DNA of 36,541 nucleotides, taken from contig JAUCBJ010007467.1 in the NCBI GenBank assembly GCA_032718475.1, forward strand, positions 1 through 36,541, read 5' to 3'. The notes beneath the pieces are model-generated. The model did no database searches. It was not told the DNA's origin and saw nothing but the letters and a program-made list of their open reading frames with translations. Numbering within the stretch: the first letter of the stretch is position 1; every line of letters begins with the position of its first letter. The DNA comes from Nemertoderma westbladi (Eukaryota; Animalia; Xenacoelomorpha). Positions 1 through 11,600 of the stretch are shown here, in pieces. The translations under genes were made by a program, and so were the position numbers.

Positions 1-24
1 AATTGCAAAATTAAATTTAGTTAC

Positions 25-184
25 TGGTGAAAAATAGCGATTTTGAAAAATAGTAGACGTTACCTGTAGACACCCCTAGCGTCTGTAAAATAAAGGTTGG
101 TGAAAAATAGCGATTTGAAAAATAGTAGAAGTTACCTGATGCTAAGTGTAGACACCCGAACACTTGTAAAATAAAGGTTGGTGA
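25..184. repeat. Two diverged direct repeats (~75-85 bp), probably the inside of a non-autonomous TE
   Basis: tggtgaaaaatagcgattt..gaaaaatagtaga.gttacctg..tagacaccc..tgtaaaataaaggt occurs at 25 and 98. Confidence 0.55.
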
Positions 185-584
185 TTGGATGCAGTACTAG
201 CGTTGGGTGACTAATAACGCCTCTAGCGGAATATGCGGGAACTTGGGAAGTTACCATGGCAACGGTTGAAATGCTGACATCTGATTGGTTGAAATAATAA
301 CGACCACTGCTAATGGTTGAAATGGTGGCTTCTGATTGGATGCAGTACTAGAAATGGATGGTAATGATGGGCTACGGGTGACCTTGTGCGGGGAGGGGGC
401 TAGCATCCTATACTACTCCCGATCTCACCGCTTCCTCCTGCAAAGGCTGGCAATCGCCATCCTGGTCTGCAATGCGCCCCCATTATGGGGACTGTGGACC
501 CATCACTCACTAACAACAAGGGACTCTATGAGGCGGTCCATGGTTCCTAATACCCCCCCCCCCCCCGACGGAACAGACTAACAT

Positions 585-618
<34 letters not shown>

Positions 619-1249
619 TGAAACACACTAACTTACACCTCCCCACCCTAGCTTTCTTCTTGGATGAAACTGATTAGACAAAATTCCATTACTCTGAAAA
701 CTAAATTGATAACTGTATAGATGGCATAATTTCAAAATGCAAAGGCTTTTCCAAACATGCACTTGATATCCATTCCTCTAAGAGACTTCGCATTTTAAAA
801 TTTTTTTGCTTAAATTATGTTAATTAGGTAAACAATTGTCCAGTCACGCTTTCTTTTTCAGCACATTATGGTTTTATCTCACTGCACACTGCATATCATC
901 GGGGTTGGCATTTTAATTGACATAAAAATTGGAAACCAGTTAGATAAAATTATCTGCAACATAGAATGTTAAGTAATCTACCTATTCATGTTGCTTTCTC
1001 TCTGACGGGTTTATAGTTAGATTCTAAACAGTATTTACATTGTACACAGTATTATTATTTGTACTGGTACTCTAAAGTAACGCTATTAGTTTTAAATGAA
1101 ATGCAAATGTAAATTTCTATTTAATATCTTATGACGGAGATAGAGATAACTTTATATGATGTATAACATAAAGAGAATAACAGCCCGGATGATTTAACCA
1201 AATGTAACAGTATTTATATACTCATTCTGCAATGTAAAAGTACTTAGTG

Positions 1250-1400
1250 GAATTTATTGTCGTATAGTTCCTACTGTAATTGTTGAATTTATTGTCGTAT
1301 AGTTCCTACTGTAATTGTTGAATTTATTGTCGTATAGTTCCTACTGTAATTGTTGAATTTATTGTCGTATAGTTCCTACTGTAATTGTTGAAATTATTGT
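1250..1400. repeat. 35-bp minisatellite, 4 perfect copies plus a partial
   Basis: Unit gaatttattgtcgtatagttcctactgtaattgtt at 1250, 1285, 1320, 1355. Confidence 0.95.
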
Positions 1401-1548
1401 TGTAAATCGGTCAGTGTAGTTAGTACTAATCATCCAAATACTAAAGTATTAAAAACCCTCATCAACTTTTCTAAGCCAATTTCTTAAAGGAAATGAAATC
1501 TTTATTGTTCCTACTACTAGGATCGGCATGCTGCATTGCAGCTGCATT

Positions 1549-1770
1549 TTAAGAATGCTGTGCCGGCTTGTCGACAAAATTGTACCGCCACAACTCCCTA
1601 TCACCCATGACATTTGCTAGATCATCCGCATCTTCAAGGCCAGTGTCCTTTAAGATGCGTCTCAAGAAAGTCATGGGCTGTCCACCATGCTTATTCACTC
1701 CATGAGGCTGCCAAAGTACAAGATTATGCACTGGCTGGTCCTCACGGCGAAATCAATGTCCTGCAAAGCG
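1549..1770 (-). pseudogene. C-terminal fragment of an RTE-clade LINE ORF
   Basis: Translates RFAGH*FRREDQPVHNLVLWQPHG...GGQP...DTGL...MGDRELWR, matching the RTE C-terminal pattern (GHxxR, WxP, GrP, DRxxW); one in-frame stop. Confidence 0.7.
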
Positions 1771-3131
1771 TTATTGTTCCAGTAAGCATTCAAATCGTTA
1801 TAAGCATTACCCAAGGGCTTAAAACTGGATAATTATTTTAATTTATTATATTATAAATTAATTTACTTAATTAAGTAAATAAACAATTATTTAACTGTTT
1901 ATTTTTAAAAGAATATTGGTATTTGTTGATAAACATGGAGTAATCATAATCAGTATTTTATATATTATAAATCATATATATTATATTATAAATATATTAA
2001 TATTAATATTAACCCATATATTTATAATCTCTGAGGCAAAAGGTTCGGTGCATATAGATGCATTCTAAGGGAGCCAGGTTTTCACTAAAAAGCCCTCTGG
2101 TCGTTAAAGGAAATTTAATATTATTTTATAAACATTTGACATCATTTTGAATAGTCCAAGGAACATTTGTGTAGTAGTTCCGTTTTTTACTTTTTTGAAA
2201 AGACACGTTCGCACATTTATTTATTGCAAGTACATTCTGGCATTAGTGCTCAACATGTAACATTGCACTATGTCTCAAAAGTATCAAAAGTACTGCTTAT
2301 CTGCATTTACATTTGCCTAAAATATTTAAAAATATATCAACAAATGTTATCATTTATAATTTGTTCCATTAATTAATGACCAAAGTGACTTAAAAAGCCC
2401 CCAAATTGACTTTATGCGGCTTATTCACAACAAGTGTGGTTTCTTTTAGGCTTGTATTCATTGGATATAGGGTGATTTATTTGAATTCGAGGTTAATAAG
2501 ATTATAAAATTAAGCCAGATGGTTAAGTTTCTACTATTTAATGCTTAACGACCAAATGGCCTTAAAAGCCAAGCTATATCCCGGCTGCGTATTCCCATTC
2601 CTCACTACTAGGAACACATGGGATTGGTTAATTAACTATTATTTGATTGGACGTTGAAATCATGTAAGGAATTGAGAGAGGGGTCGAACTAGTGTAAGGA
2701 TTTTATACTCAGTTGGCAGGTAGAAAATTTTCCAAACGCTGTTGTAAGGAAAGGAGAAAGTGGGAAGTGAAATCATGTAAGGGTTAACTGCATATTAAAC
2801 GGTTCATTGTTAGGTAACAGTAAAAATATATACAAATAGCTGTATACATATATTTAGAGTGGAAATAATGTTGTATAAGGAATCGGTTTACACACCATTT
2901 ACTCCTTGACTTTCCCGATCGAATAGATTGTAATAATAAAGTAGTTTTACTGGTAGTATTTAATATTAAAATTCATTGATTTTAAATTTATATTTAAAAG
3001 CATTTCACAATATGTAAACATAAAAGCTCAAATGAAATAAACTCATAATTTTTGCAATGTCTTTAGCATTTGTTGGATTTGCATTTATGTTTATCGACAG
3101 GTTTCTAGATCGTTTTTTAGTGCGTCAAGTC

Positions 3132-3380
3132 TTATCAGTACCGCAGGTTGGTTATCAGTACCGCAGGTTGGTTATCAGTACCGCAGGTTGGTTATCAGTA
3201 CCGCAGGTTGGTTATCAGTACCGCAGGTTGGTTATCAGTACCGCAGGTTGGTTATCAGTACCGCAGGTTGGTTATCAGTACCGCAGGTTGGTTATCAGTA
3301 CCGCAGGTTGGTTATCAGTACCGCAGGTTGGTTATCAGTACCGCAGGTTGGTTATCAGTACCGCAGGTTGGTTATCAGTA
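3132..3380. repeat. 20-bp minisatellite, 12 perfect copies plus 9 bp
   Basis: Unit ttatcagtaccgcaggttgg. Confidence 0.97.
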
Positions 3381-3575
3381 AACATCTGAGACAAACCGAA
3401 CGCTCCTCTTACTATCAAATCATTTCTTAACTACCCCACCATAAGTCAGGTTCCCATTGTATTACTGAGGTTGCGTAAGCACAAACTTCTAAAGTCTCTT
3501 GCCCGCAAGGGTGCGAAATTGTAGGCCCTACAGAATTTAATCGGATTTGAACCAACGCCTTCGGTGCTACAGTAT
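3381..3575 (-). mobile_element. Probable tRNA-derived SINE remnant
   Basis: Pol III B-box GGTTCAAATCC on - (3543-3553), followed by ccttgcgggcaagagactttag, similar to the ccttgggcaag..actt motif common in metazoan tRNA-SINEs; boundaries approximate. Confidence 0.45.
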
Positions 3576-3756
3576 TTCGAAAGCAGTTGTGGTGCGCTCC
3601 ACCCTTTATTCATAACGTCATAAAGACACAGATAACGATTAGTATCAGTAAAAAAATACCTCGACTACAGTGAAAATATTGTTCACTGTCTTTATGCTCT
3701 AAATAATTGTTTACATTATTGTGTGCAAAGTAGCACTTTGCAGCGTTATAATCCGA

Positions 3757-3807
3757 GTTTATTTATGTACCGAGCGAGCGTAGCGAGGGAGGTATACATA
3801 AATAAAC
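3757..3807. repeat. Inverted repeat (13-bp perfect arms) around a gagcgagcgtagcgag core
   Basis: gtttatttatgta (3757-3769) / tacataaataaac (3795-3807); adjacent hairpin tgcaaagt/actttgca at 3724-3742. Confidence 0.8.
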
Positions 3808-5379
3808 AAGGGTCTTTTTTTTGTTACATTATGTCAACTTATCAGCGTTCGGTATGTGAGAAAAGGATTTTATGGATGCATTGTATGCATGCAATGTAGA
3901 ACAATTTTATAAAAAAGTAACAAAAACTAGCTAGTTTAAATAATTTGGTGGGAGGTGTGTCCAAAACACAGTAGTACACCAGTTGCCATAATGTAACAAT
4001 AATTATTTTGTTATTATTTCAACTTATCAGCGCTCCATTGTTAACTTGTAACGCTGCTACCTCTTTGCAGTTTCACAGTCTGTACACCTTGTCCTGGAAT
4101 ATACAGCAGTGTAGGTCGAAACACTGTAATGTAATTTATTCCAAAATTGTCTATGCCGCCGTTAGTAACAGCGAGTTATTATTTAGCACTTTACACCTTT
4201 AATTTATGCTCATTGTTGTTCCTGAACAACATTCATTAAAGATATTTAAATAATAAAAAAATTAAATTTTTTGGCATTAATGTGTTCTATTGGACTGTTT
4301 TCAGTTTATCTAACCTAAAAAAAATTTTAAACCAGTAAAAATAATTGGAGCATCAAAGGGTTAATTTTCAAAAAGATTCAAAATTTAAAATATAATACAA
4401 GTTAATAAAGTTGAGAGAGTAAACTAAATAATATACAACGTATTTCGAAAAAATCCAGTGAAATTGGCGTTTACAGATTTGACGTCAATATCAAGGCCTC
4501 AATTTTTATAGTCTCTTATTGACAAGGGGCGTGGGGGCGATAAAATTAATTGAATGAGAAACGTTATTCCAGGCTGTTTGCATACTTACTAAACTAGAAA
4601 GCCAGCAAGCTGGCTGGAAGGAGCCCGGGGGAAAAATCCTAGCCAAGACTATTACAAAGAACTATGTCAGTCAGCAGTAAGTAAACTAAAATTGTCTAAA
4701 CTGCAAGGCGTGAGGCTAGCTGACTTTGTGGCTCGCCCCACATAATAAAAAATGCAACTTAGCTACCACTAACAAAAATATAATATGAAGCAAATAATTT
4801 CATTATCAAGAACGTTTACAAGATATAAGATGCGATTACAGAATATTTATAAAAAATGCCCATGATGCACAACCAGATAAATAACAACGAATAGAGCCAA
4901 ATAACAAATTTAGTTTCCTTCTATAGGTGTTACCCCGTCGTCAAGCGGAATATCTCTTCCCAGTGAATTCTATGTGAATATGTAATATAGGTACACCTTA
5001 GGCGGTAGGCCAGAGCGGGCTCCTTAAATACATGCAACTACTGTATTATAGTGTAGGTCAACTATAAAACATTTTGCAATCCACAGTGAGTATCGACTGC
5101 AATAGGACACAATACACTGCTTTGTGTAACTAAAATTCATTCTCCTGATCCACCCCCTAACATAGCAGAGTGAGTAACCTTATTGTAGATATACCCTTAG
5201 GAAGCACTGGGAGAGCAATCAGCTTATGGGGTAATACATTAGAAACCAACAGCTTATGTGTGAGTAAACATTGCCTTTCCTTATAGCCTACTAGTAAAAC
5301 TTGGCAACCAACACGTTTTTCTTTGACTGTGTATAACATATTAAGCCATATTTCATCATGAACACCAGCTGTTATTTTA

Positions 5380-5660
5380 CCATTGCTTTTAATTTCGCGA
5401 CAAAACAATGTCAAAAAACTAAATATATCGAATACCACACATAGAATCGATCTGAAATTTTGTAACGCGATTATGAACCACCAAAGCAATGTACTTGCAA
5501 AATTTCATCAAAATCGCCAGGCAGGAAGTGCCTTAACCTAGATAATTATCAGTCAGTATGTCAGTCAGTATGTCAGTCAGTGTAATGTATCCTGAGATTT
5601 TTACAGAAAGTATCCCTGAGATTCTTACAGTAAGTATCCCGCTGTTAAGCGGGCTCCTAA
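5380..5660 (+). mobile_element. Possible end of a Helentron/DINE-1-like non-autonomous element
   Basis: aaaatttcatcaaaatcg core, (gtca)n-type microsatellite at ~5549-5580, terminal hairpin cccgct-gtta-agcggg at ~5638-5653. Confidence 0.4.
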
Positions 5661-6014
5661 TAATTAAATAGTAAGTACTGTAAGTATTTATTTATATTGC
5701 CATGAATTTCTCGCCTTTTTCTTATGTCATCTGCCTCGTTTTCAATTTCCAATAGCTGTGAATTAACATTAAATATGATGAGTTTTAGTGCAATATATTC
5801 GCTAGGCTATTTTATAATAATAAAATATTGAATTTTATAACGGTTTAATTATTACCTTATCAATGTTTCCTGGTGTTTGAAATACGTCGAGAATCCTTTC
5901 CCCAGTGGTGTTCGTAGCTTCATCCATTACCGCGCTCATTTAATATTGTTTCAATAGAAGATAATTATATAGTATCCTTTGGTTCGCTTATAGTCAAAAT
6001 GTTCCCAAGGGTCA

Positions 6015-6107
6015 AAGCTTCCACAAAATTGTTCAAAGCTTACACAAATAGGTAAACTAATACATTTCCTGTAACTGTGGAAACTTTAAACTATTTTGTG
6101 GAAGCTT
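6015..6107. repeat. Imperfect inverted repeat (32-bp arms, 28/32 match), MITE-like
   Basis: aagcttccacaaaattgttcaaagcttacaca vs tgtggaaactttaaactattttgtggaagctt. Confidence 0.75.
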
Positions 6108-7681
6108 GACAAGGAATCCTCTTGGTTACTGTAATATCCCTTTAAAAGCATAGCACTCCTCTATTCCCACATATAGAGCAGAGCTATTCCCATATAGAGA
6201 GCAGAGCCTTGGTCTCACTGTCACCACCTATAAAGTTGTGCTTTGTTCTCTTCCCTTATACTGTACAGTATAAAGCTGTGCTAAGCTATTTTAGTCTACA
6301 CCCTTTCCTTATAAATTTCATACCTTTTCTTATAAATAAAGCTATGCTTTTCTATCTTCCCTTCCCTCCCAAAAACATGCTGTGCTTTAGTTTTAGTATC
6401 TTCCTTTCTCTCCTATAAGGCAGGTATTTGGGCTTTCGTCTCTCGAATTACAAAGTAATCTAATTTACAACAATTCAACTCTTATTTAATTTTTTAGTTT
6501 ATATAGATAAAGGATAAAGTTCACTTATGAACGAACACATTAGCCAATAGGACGTGAGATTCTTGCGAACTTCATTATGTAAGTTATTACCCTACCATTT
6601 ATCAACCAATGGATATTTTCCATACTTTTCATTCAAAGGGGAGATGAGTGTGAATCAACGTTTTCAGGGAGTAAACCACCACTCTGCTCAAACACACACC
6701 CCCCCCCCCCCCCCACACACCCCACACTTTACACTAAAGAAAATGAGTATGACTAAGCCTAAACTAATTATGAAAATAATTAAATTGTCATTCTATTCTG
6801 TATAGCTCCATTTTCAGACTATTTTCCCACTTCCACTTTTGGAGTTCCGTTTCCCAATTCTATTATCTGACCTATATTATCTCCATATGCTGTCTTCCAA
6901 TTATCTATGCTCATTATTTTTCTTTACAGTGGATTATTTTTGTCGAAACAAAGCTCCATAGGAATGGGATTGGAGAGGTATGAAAGCTCTAGTCCTAATA
7001 CGTCCAAAAATAATATATGTGGCTGGCCACGAGAAAAGGGACCTTATGTCACCGGAGGTCGATTTTGAGTTATTAGGCCTATGAGATGCAGAATTTTCCA
7101 GAGATTTTAACAAAAAAAAACGGTGTCTCAATATCTATTTCTAAAAAAAAGTTATAGCGATTTATGTGAAGGTGAATCGGGTAGCAAAAAAATTTTATTA
7201 ATAGCGGTTATAATAAGCGATTATTAAAAAAAAAATGGAAAATATTAATAATATCATAGCAATTCTTACTATATAGTTTGGCAGCTCAATGTTATTCGGC
7301 TTTTTATACAACTTTTAACACTTTGAAACTATTAATATTGTTCATGAACTATTTAAAAAAAATTTTGCAAAATTTTCAAAAAAACATGTAACCAAAAAAT
7401 TTTTTTTTTAATTTAAAATTTTTTTAAAAAGATAAATTTTTTAAACAAAATTTAAAATTATTTGTATTTTGAATTCTTTATTGGGATTACAAAATTTAAG
7501 AACTAACGAAGATAAATTAAGAAAATGACAGCCATATTGCATTTAAAAAATAACTGTAGGCCTACAGTACCTACATATTACAGTAGTACAATTACAATTT
7601 ATTAGTCCTAAATTCAGACATGAAAACCCTAAGACAGTGTTATATACAACACTGCAACATCTTATATGGCTTCCTGTAATT

Positions 7682-8332
7682 ATAGATAGATAGATAGATT
7701 TATTTATACATTATGTAAAAACAATAACAAATACACCAAACAATGTACCGGTATAAAGGTATTGTCCAACATAACATATAGGATTACCCCTAAAGCTTTG
7801 CAGCTTATTTCCAAGGGGGTCCTTTATGTTACTTGGTTACAAATACAATATTACACTACGCTAACCTAAAACCAATATAAACGTAATTACACTATGTACA
7901 TGTACAACTTTACCGAGAGCATGACAATGTCCGACTCAACGATAAAGATGTAATGTACAGAACAATTTATTATAAAACGTAATTACAGTATAAATAGTAA
8001 ATAATTAATAAACTAATAACTTACTGTAGGACTATTGTACCTATTTTTACATTGCACACGGAGATGAGATTTAACTGCAGATTTAAAAGAATGTTGATTA
8101 TTTAGGTTTTTAATTTCATTAGGCAGAGCGTTCCAATTTTTTATGCCGTTAAAAAAGAAAGTATCAGATTCAAAGGATTTACAATTCGGGAGGTAGAAGT
8201 TTGAAGCACTAGCTTTGGTACTGTAAGAGTGTGTATCGCGTACTCTGTTGAATTTTTGTTTTAGGTAATTGGGACATTTACCATTGTACACTTTATGCAC
8301 ATGGTTAAGGCGTAGCTGCTTAACTCTACTAT
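7682..8332 (-). mobile_element. LINE A (CR1/L2 group), 3' part: ORF2 C-terminus, 3' UTR, (TATC)n tail
   Basis: SRVKQLRLNH...CPNYL...HSYSTK...TFFFNGIKNWNALP...FK to stop at 8013; 3' stem-loop at 7781-7822; microsatellite tail at 7682-7697; continues at 17063. Confidence 0.85.
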
Positions 8333-8635
8333 TGATTGATTGATTGATTGATTTTTTTTTACACTGGTGGTAGAGCTGGCTAAAAACGAACTGCACCGAA
8401 CATAATTACTAACTGTAAGGGGACATGTCGTAAAATGTTAAGTAAATTACATAATAGTTATTTGAGTGTGTAAAGTAAAAACATTCGATTATAAAAAAAT
8501 TGTGAATTAAAACCAAGTGTAAGGATAGCCTCATGAGGTATTAAACCTCGTTTCCATGAGGGTCCTATAAATAAAATAGTGGATAATATTAATGTTAAAA
8601 AGTTAAGAGGGGGGCTCAGCCTCGAACAGGTGTTT

Positions 8636-11600
8636 TCAGATATCGGTTTCTGACAGAGTTGTTAATAAGTGTTTTTTCAGTTGGTGTTTGAAGGCATCAA
8701 GGGAGGGCGCATTCACTATGGTCTGGGGTAGGCGATTCCAATGGAGTGGTCCCTTGTAGCTGAACGCGTGCTGCCCGTAGATAGTAGACCTCTGTGGAAT
8801 GATTTGTTGTTGGTTGTGAGAGCGTGCGCTGCGTCTCCCAGGAGCCGGTGTAATCATGTCGGAGAGGTATTCTGGCGCCGTACCATGTGCGATCCTGTAC
8901 ATGTGTGTCAGCGTGACAGCCTCGACACGCTGGGGTAATGGTAGCCAGTTGATTGCCTTGTAGTAAAGGAGGCCAATGTGTTCTCTGGCACCTAGTTTTA
9001 GGCAAAAACGAATACATTTCCGTACTAGGGCCTCCAGTTGGTTTTTGTACTTTAGAGTTATAGAGTTGAACCACGTGGTTGCCGCATAGTCAATGTGCGG
9101 CTGTATTAGGGTATTACAAAGGAGCCTTCTTGTGTGCTGGTCAAGTACTGCTCCGTTACGATGTAGAAACTTTAGGCGATTGTTACCTTTTTTTATTATT
9201 TTTCTCGCCATCTCTAAACCGGTCAGATGCGTGTTAATTTCGGCTCCTAGGTATTTTACTGACATGGAGTTTGTGACTGGTTTGTCATTGCAGAAAACTT
9301 TCATTTCATCTGACGCAGCGACACGCTGGTGGGATCCCAGTAAGATGCATTCAGTCTTACCATAATTAATGGTTAACTTGTTCTCTGCACACCATTCGGC
9401 AACGCGTCCCATGGTTTCGGTTAACGATTTTGATATAGCTTTAGTGTCTTCGTTGCTCATGAGTAGGGCTGTGTCATCGGCAAACGATGGGTCGACTGTA
9501 TCATCTTCTATTACCTGATGAAAATCATTTGTTTCAACAATGTAAAGGAGGGCACCCAGGACGGATCCCTCTGGGACTCCATGTTCTATACTAAGTCGAG
9601 TTGATTTGGATTTTCCGATTCGCACATATTGGGATCGGCCGGTTAAATATGATTTAAACCATTTTATTGTTGCTTCTGAGGCCCCTAATGCTCTTAGTTT
9701 CTGCAGTAAGATCGTATGGTTGACTGTTGTAAACGCTTTGCGTAGATCGATAAGGACCATCCCCGTCACTCTCCCTTTGTCTATGGCTTCCCTTATTACA
9801 TTATCTACCATTAATAAAGCTGACTCCGTTGAATAGCCGGGCCTAAAACCCGATTGCAGTCTGTATATGAGCTTCCTAGAAATTAGGTAGTACAGCAGTT
9901 GATTGTAACCAACTCGTTCCAGGATCTTCGAGAGAATGGTCAGGAGTGCTATTGCCCGGTAATTTCCTCTGTCAAGCGATGGTCCCTTCTTCTTGTACGC
10001 TGGTTGCACGCAGGCGTTTTTCCAGCCTTGTGGGAATTCCGATTTCGCAATGGAGAGATTAATAATGTGAGTTAGTGGTTTAAGTAGGACAGCCGCACTG
10101 TCTTTGATTACTGCCGCCGGAATGTCGTCAGGTCCTGTTGCCTTGCTGGCATCAATTTTGTTTAGTATAGCAGCTACATCTGACTCGGTCGCTGGTTGTA
10201 GCTCAAAGTCATTGTCTACAACGCCTAGTCGACGATAATATTGCTTAGTTGCTTCGATACCATATTTACCAGTCGTGGGTGGCAGGTCAGACATTAGTTC
10301 TGTAGCGATGTTGGTGAAGTACTGGTTAAAGCCATTGCATATTTTTGGTACATCTCTACATATGGCGCCATCTATTATAATCGCGCTAGGGGGCGCTGAG
10401 GGTGTCTGGCGTTTTGTAGGTGGTGCAATGAGTTTGAGAGCCTTCCAGAGCTTCTGGCTGTCCTTCCCTGCAGATGTCAGTTTTGTCTTTATATAGTTGT
10501 TTTTCTTGGCCCTGATTATATTCGTTGCTGAGTTGCGCAGAAGTCTGTATTCGCATTCATTGTCTGTGGATCTTATTGTGTGCAGTTTCTGGGATGCTCT
10601 GTTACGTTTAACTATTGCCTCGATAACTTCATTGTCGACCCACGGTTTGGTTCTAGACCTAACTCGAAAGGTACCATATGGTGCCAAGGAATCCAGGGTT
10701 GATGTTATCGCAGAGGTTAGTGATTCCACGGCGATATTAACATTTGTCTTTGTCTCTATCTGTGTTATTTGCTCATTACTACTGAGGGCGGAAGCAAACT
10801 TGGTCGATGTATATGACCTGTACGATCTGCATGTTATGGTCGTTGACAATTGTGTTGGCTGATGAAGACGTTTTCTGGTTGCGAACACCATATAGTGGTC
10901 ACTGATGCGTTCCTTAATGACTCCTGAGTTATTTACCATTGATGGGTTGGATACAAAGATATGGTCAATGATCGTGGATGTTGTTGCGGTAACACGTGTT
11001 GGTTCCGCTATGATCTCAGTTAGTCCATTGCAGTTGCAGAATGATATTAATTTCTTTATATTATCATGGTTTGACGTAAGATGGTCGATGTTCTTTGTTT
11101 TCAGTTTTAGATTTTTGGTATCGGCAATCGGCGTTACATCGACATTTGTATCGCCCATAATTATTACCTCGTTATAAGAAGATATGTCACCCATGATCGA
11201 CTCGATATTCACGAAAATTGCTGAGTCGGCCTCTGGTCTGTAGACCACGCCAGTAAGGATCGGCTTTGTGTTGCTCAAAAGTAATTCACCCAGCAAAATT
11301 TCTGATGGGGATTTCCTACATTCCTTAAGTTCAACAAAGGTTAGTCCTTCTTTTATGAAAAGAGCCACACCTCCACCATGCCTAGACCTGTCTCTCCTAT
11401 GAAGATGATATCCACGGATCGATATCTCATCATCTGATATTGAGTCATCTATCTTGGTCTCAGATATAGCGAGAACGTCTATTAAGGGGGATTCCAGAAT
11501 TATACGCAGTTCGCTTATTTTGGGCTTCAGACTATTAATATTGATATGGGCGAAGTGAACTCCTCTGAGGCGGAATTTTGATAGCCAGGGGTTTGCTATT

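Noticed and set aside
554-615. Poly-C runs as functional G-quadruplexes
   Set aside because: Simple homopolymers, length unreliable, no supporting context
3057-3430. Three overlapping repetitive ORFs
   Set aside because: Produced by a stop-free 20-bp minisatellite
6934-7480. Short ORF and TE-like AT-rich tract
   Set aside because: No domain, termini or TSD that I can define
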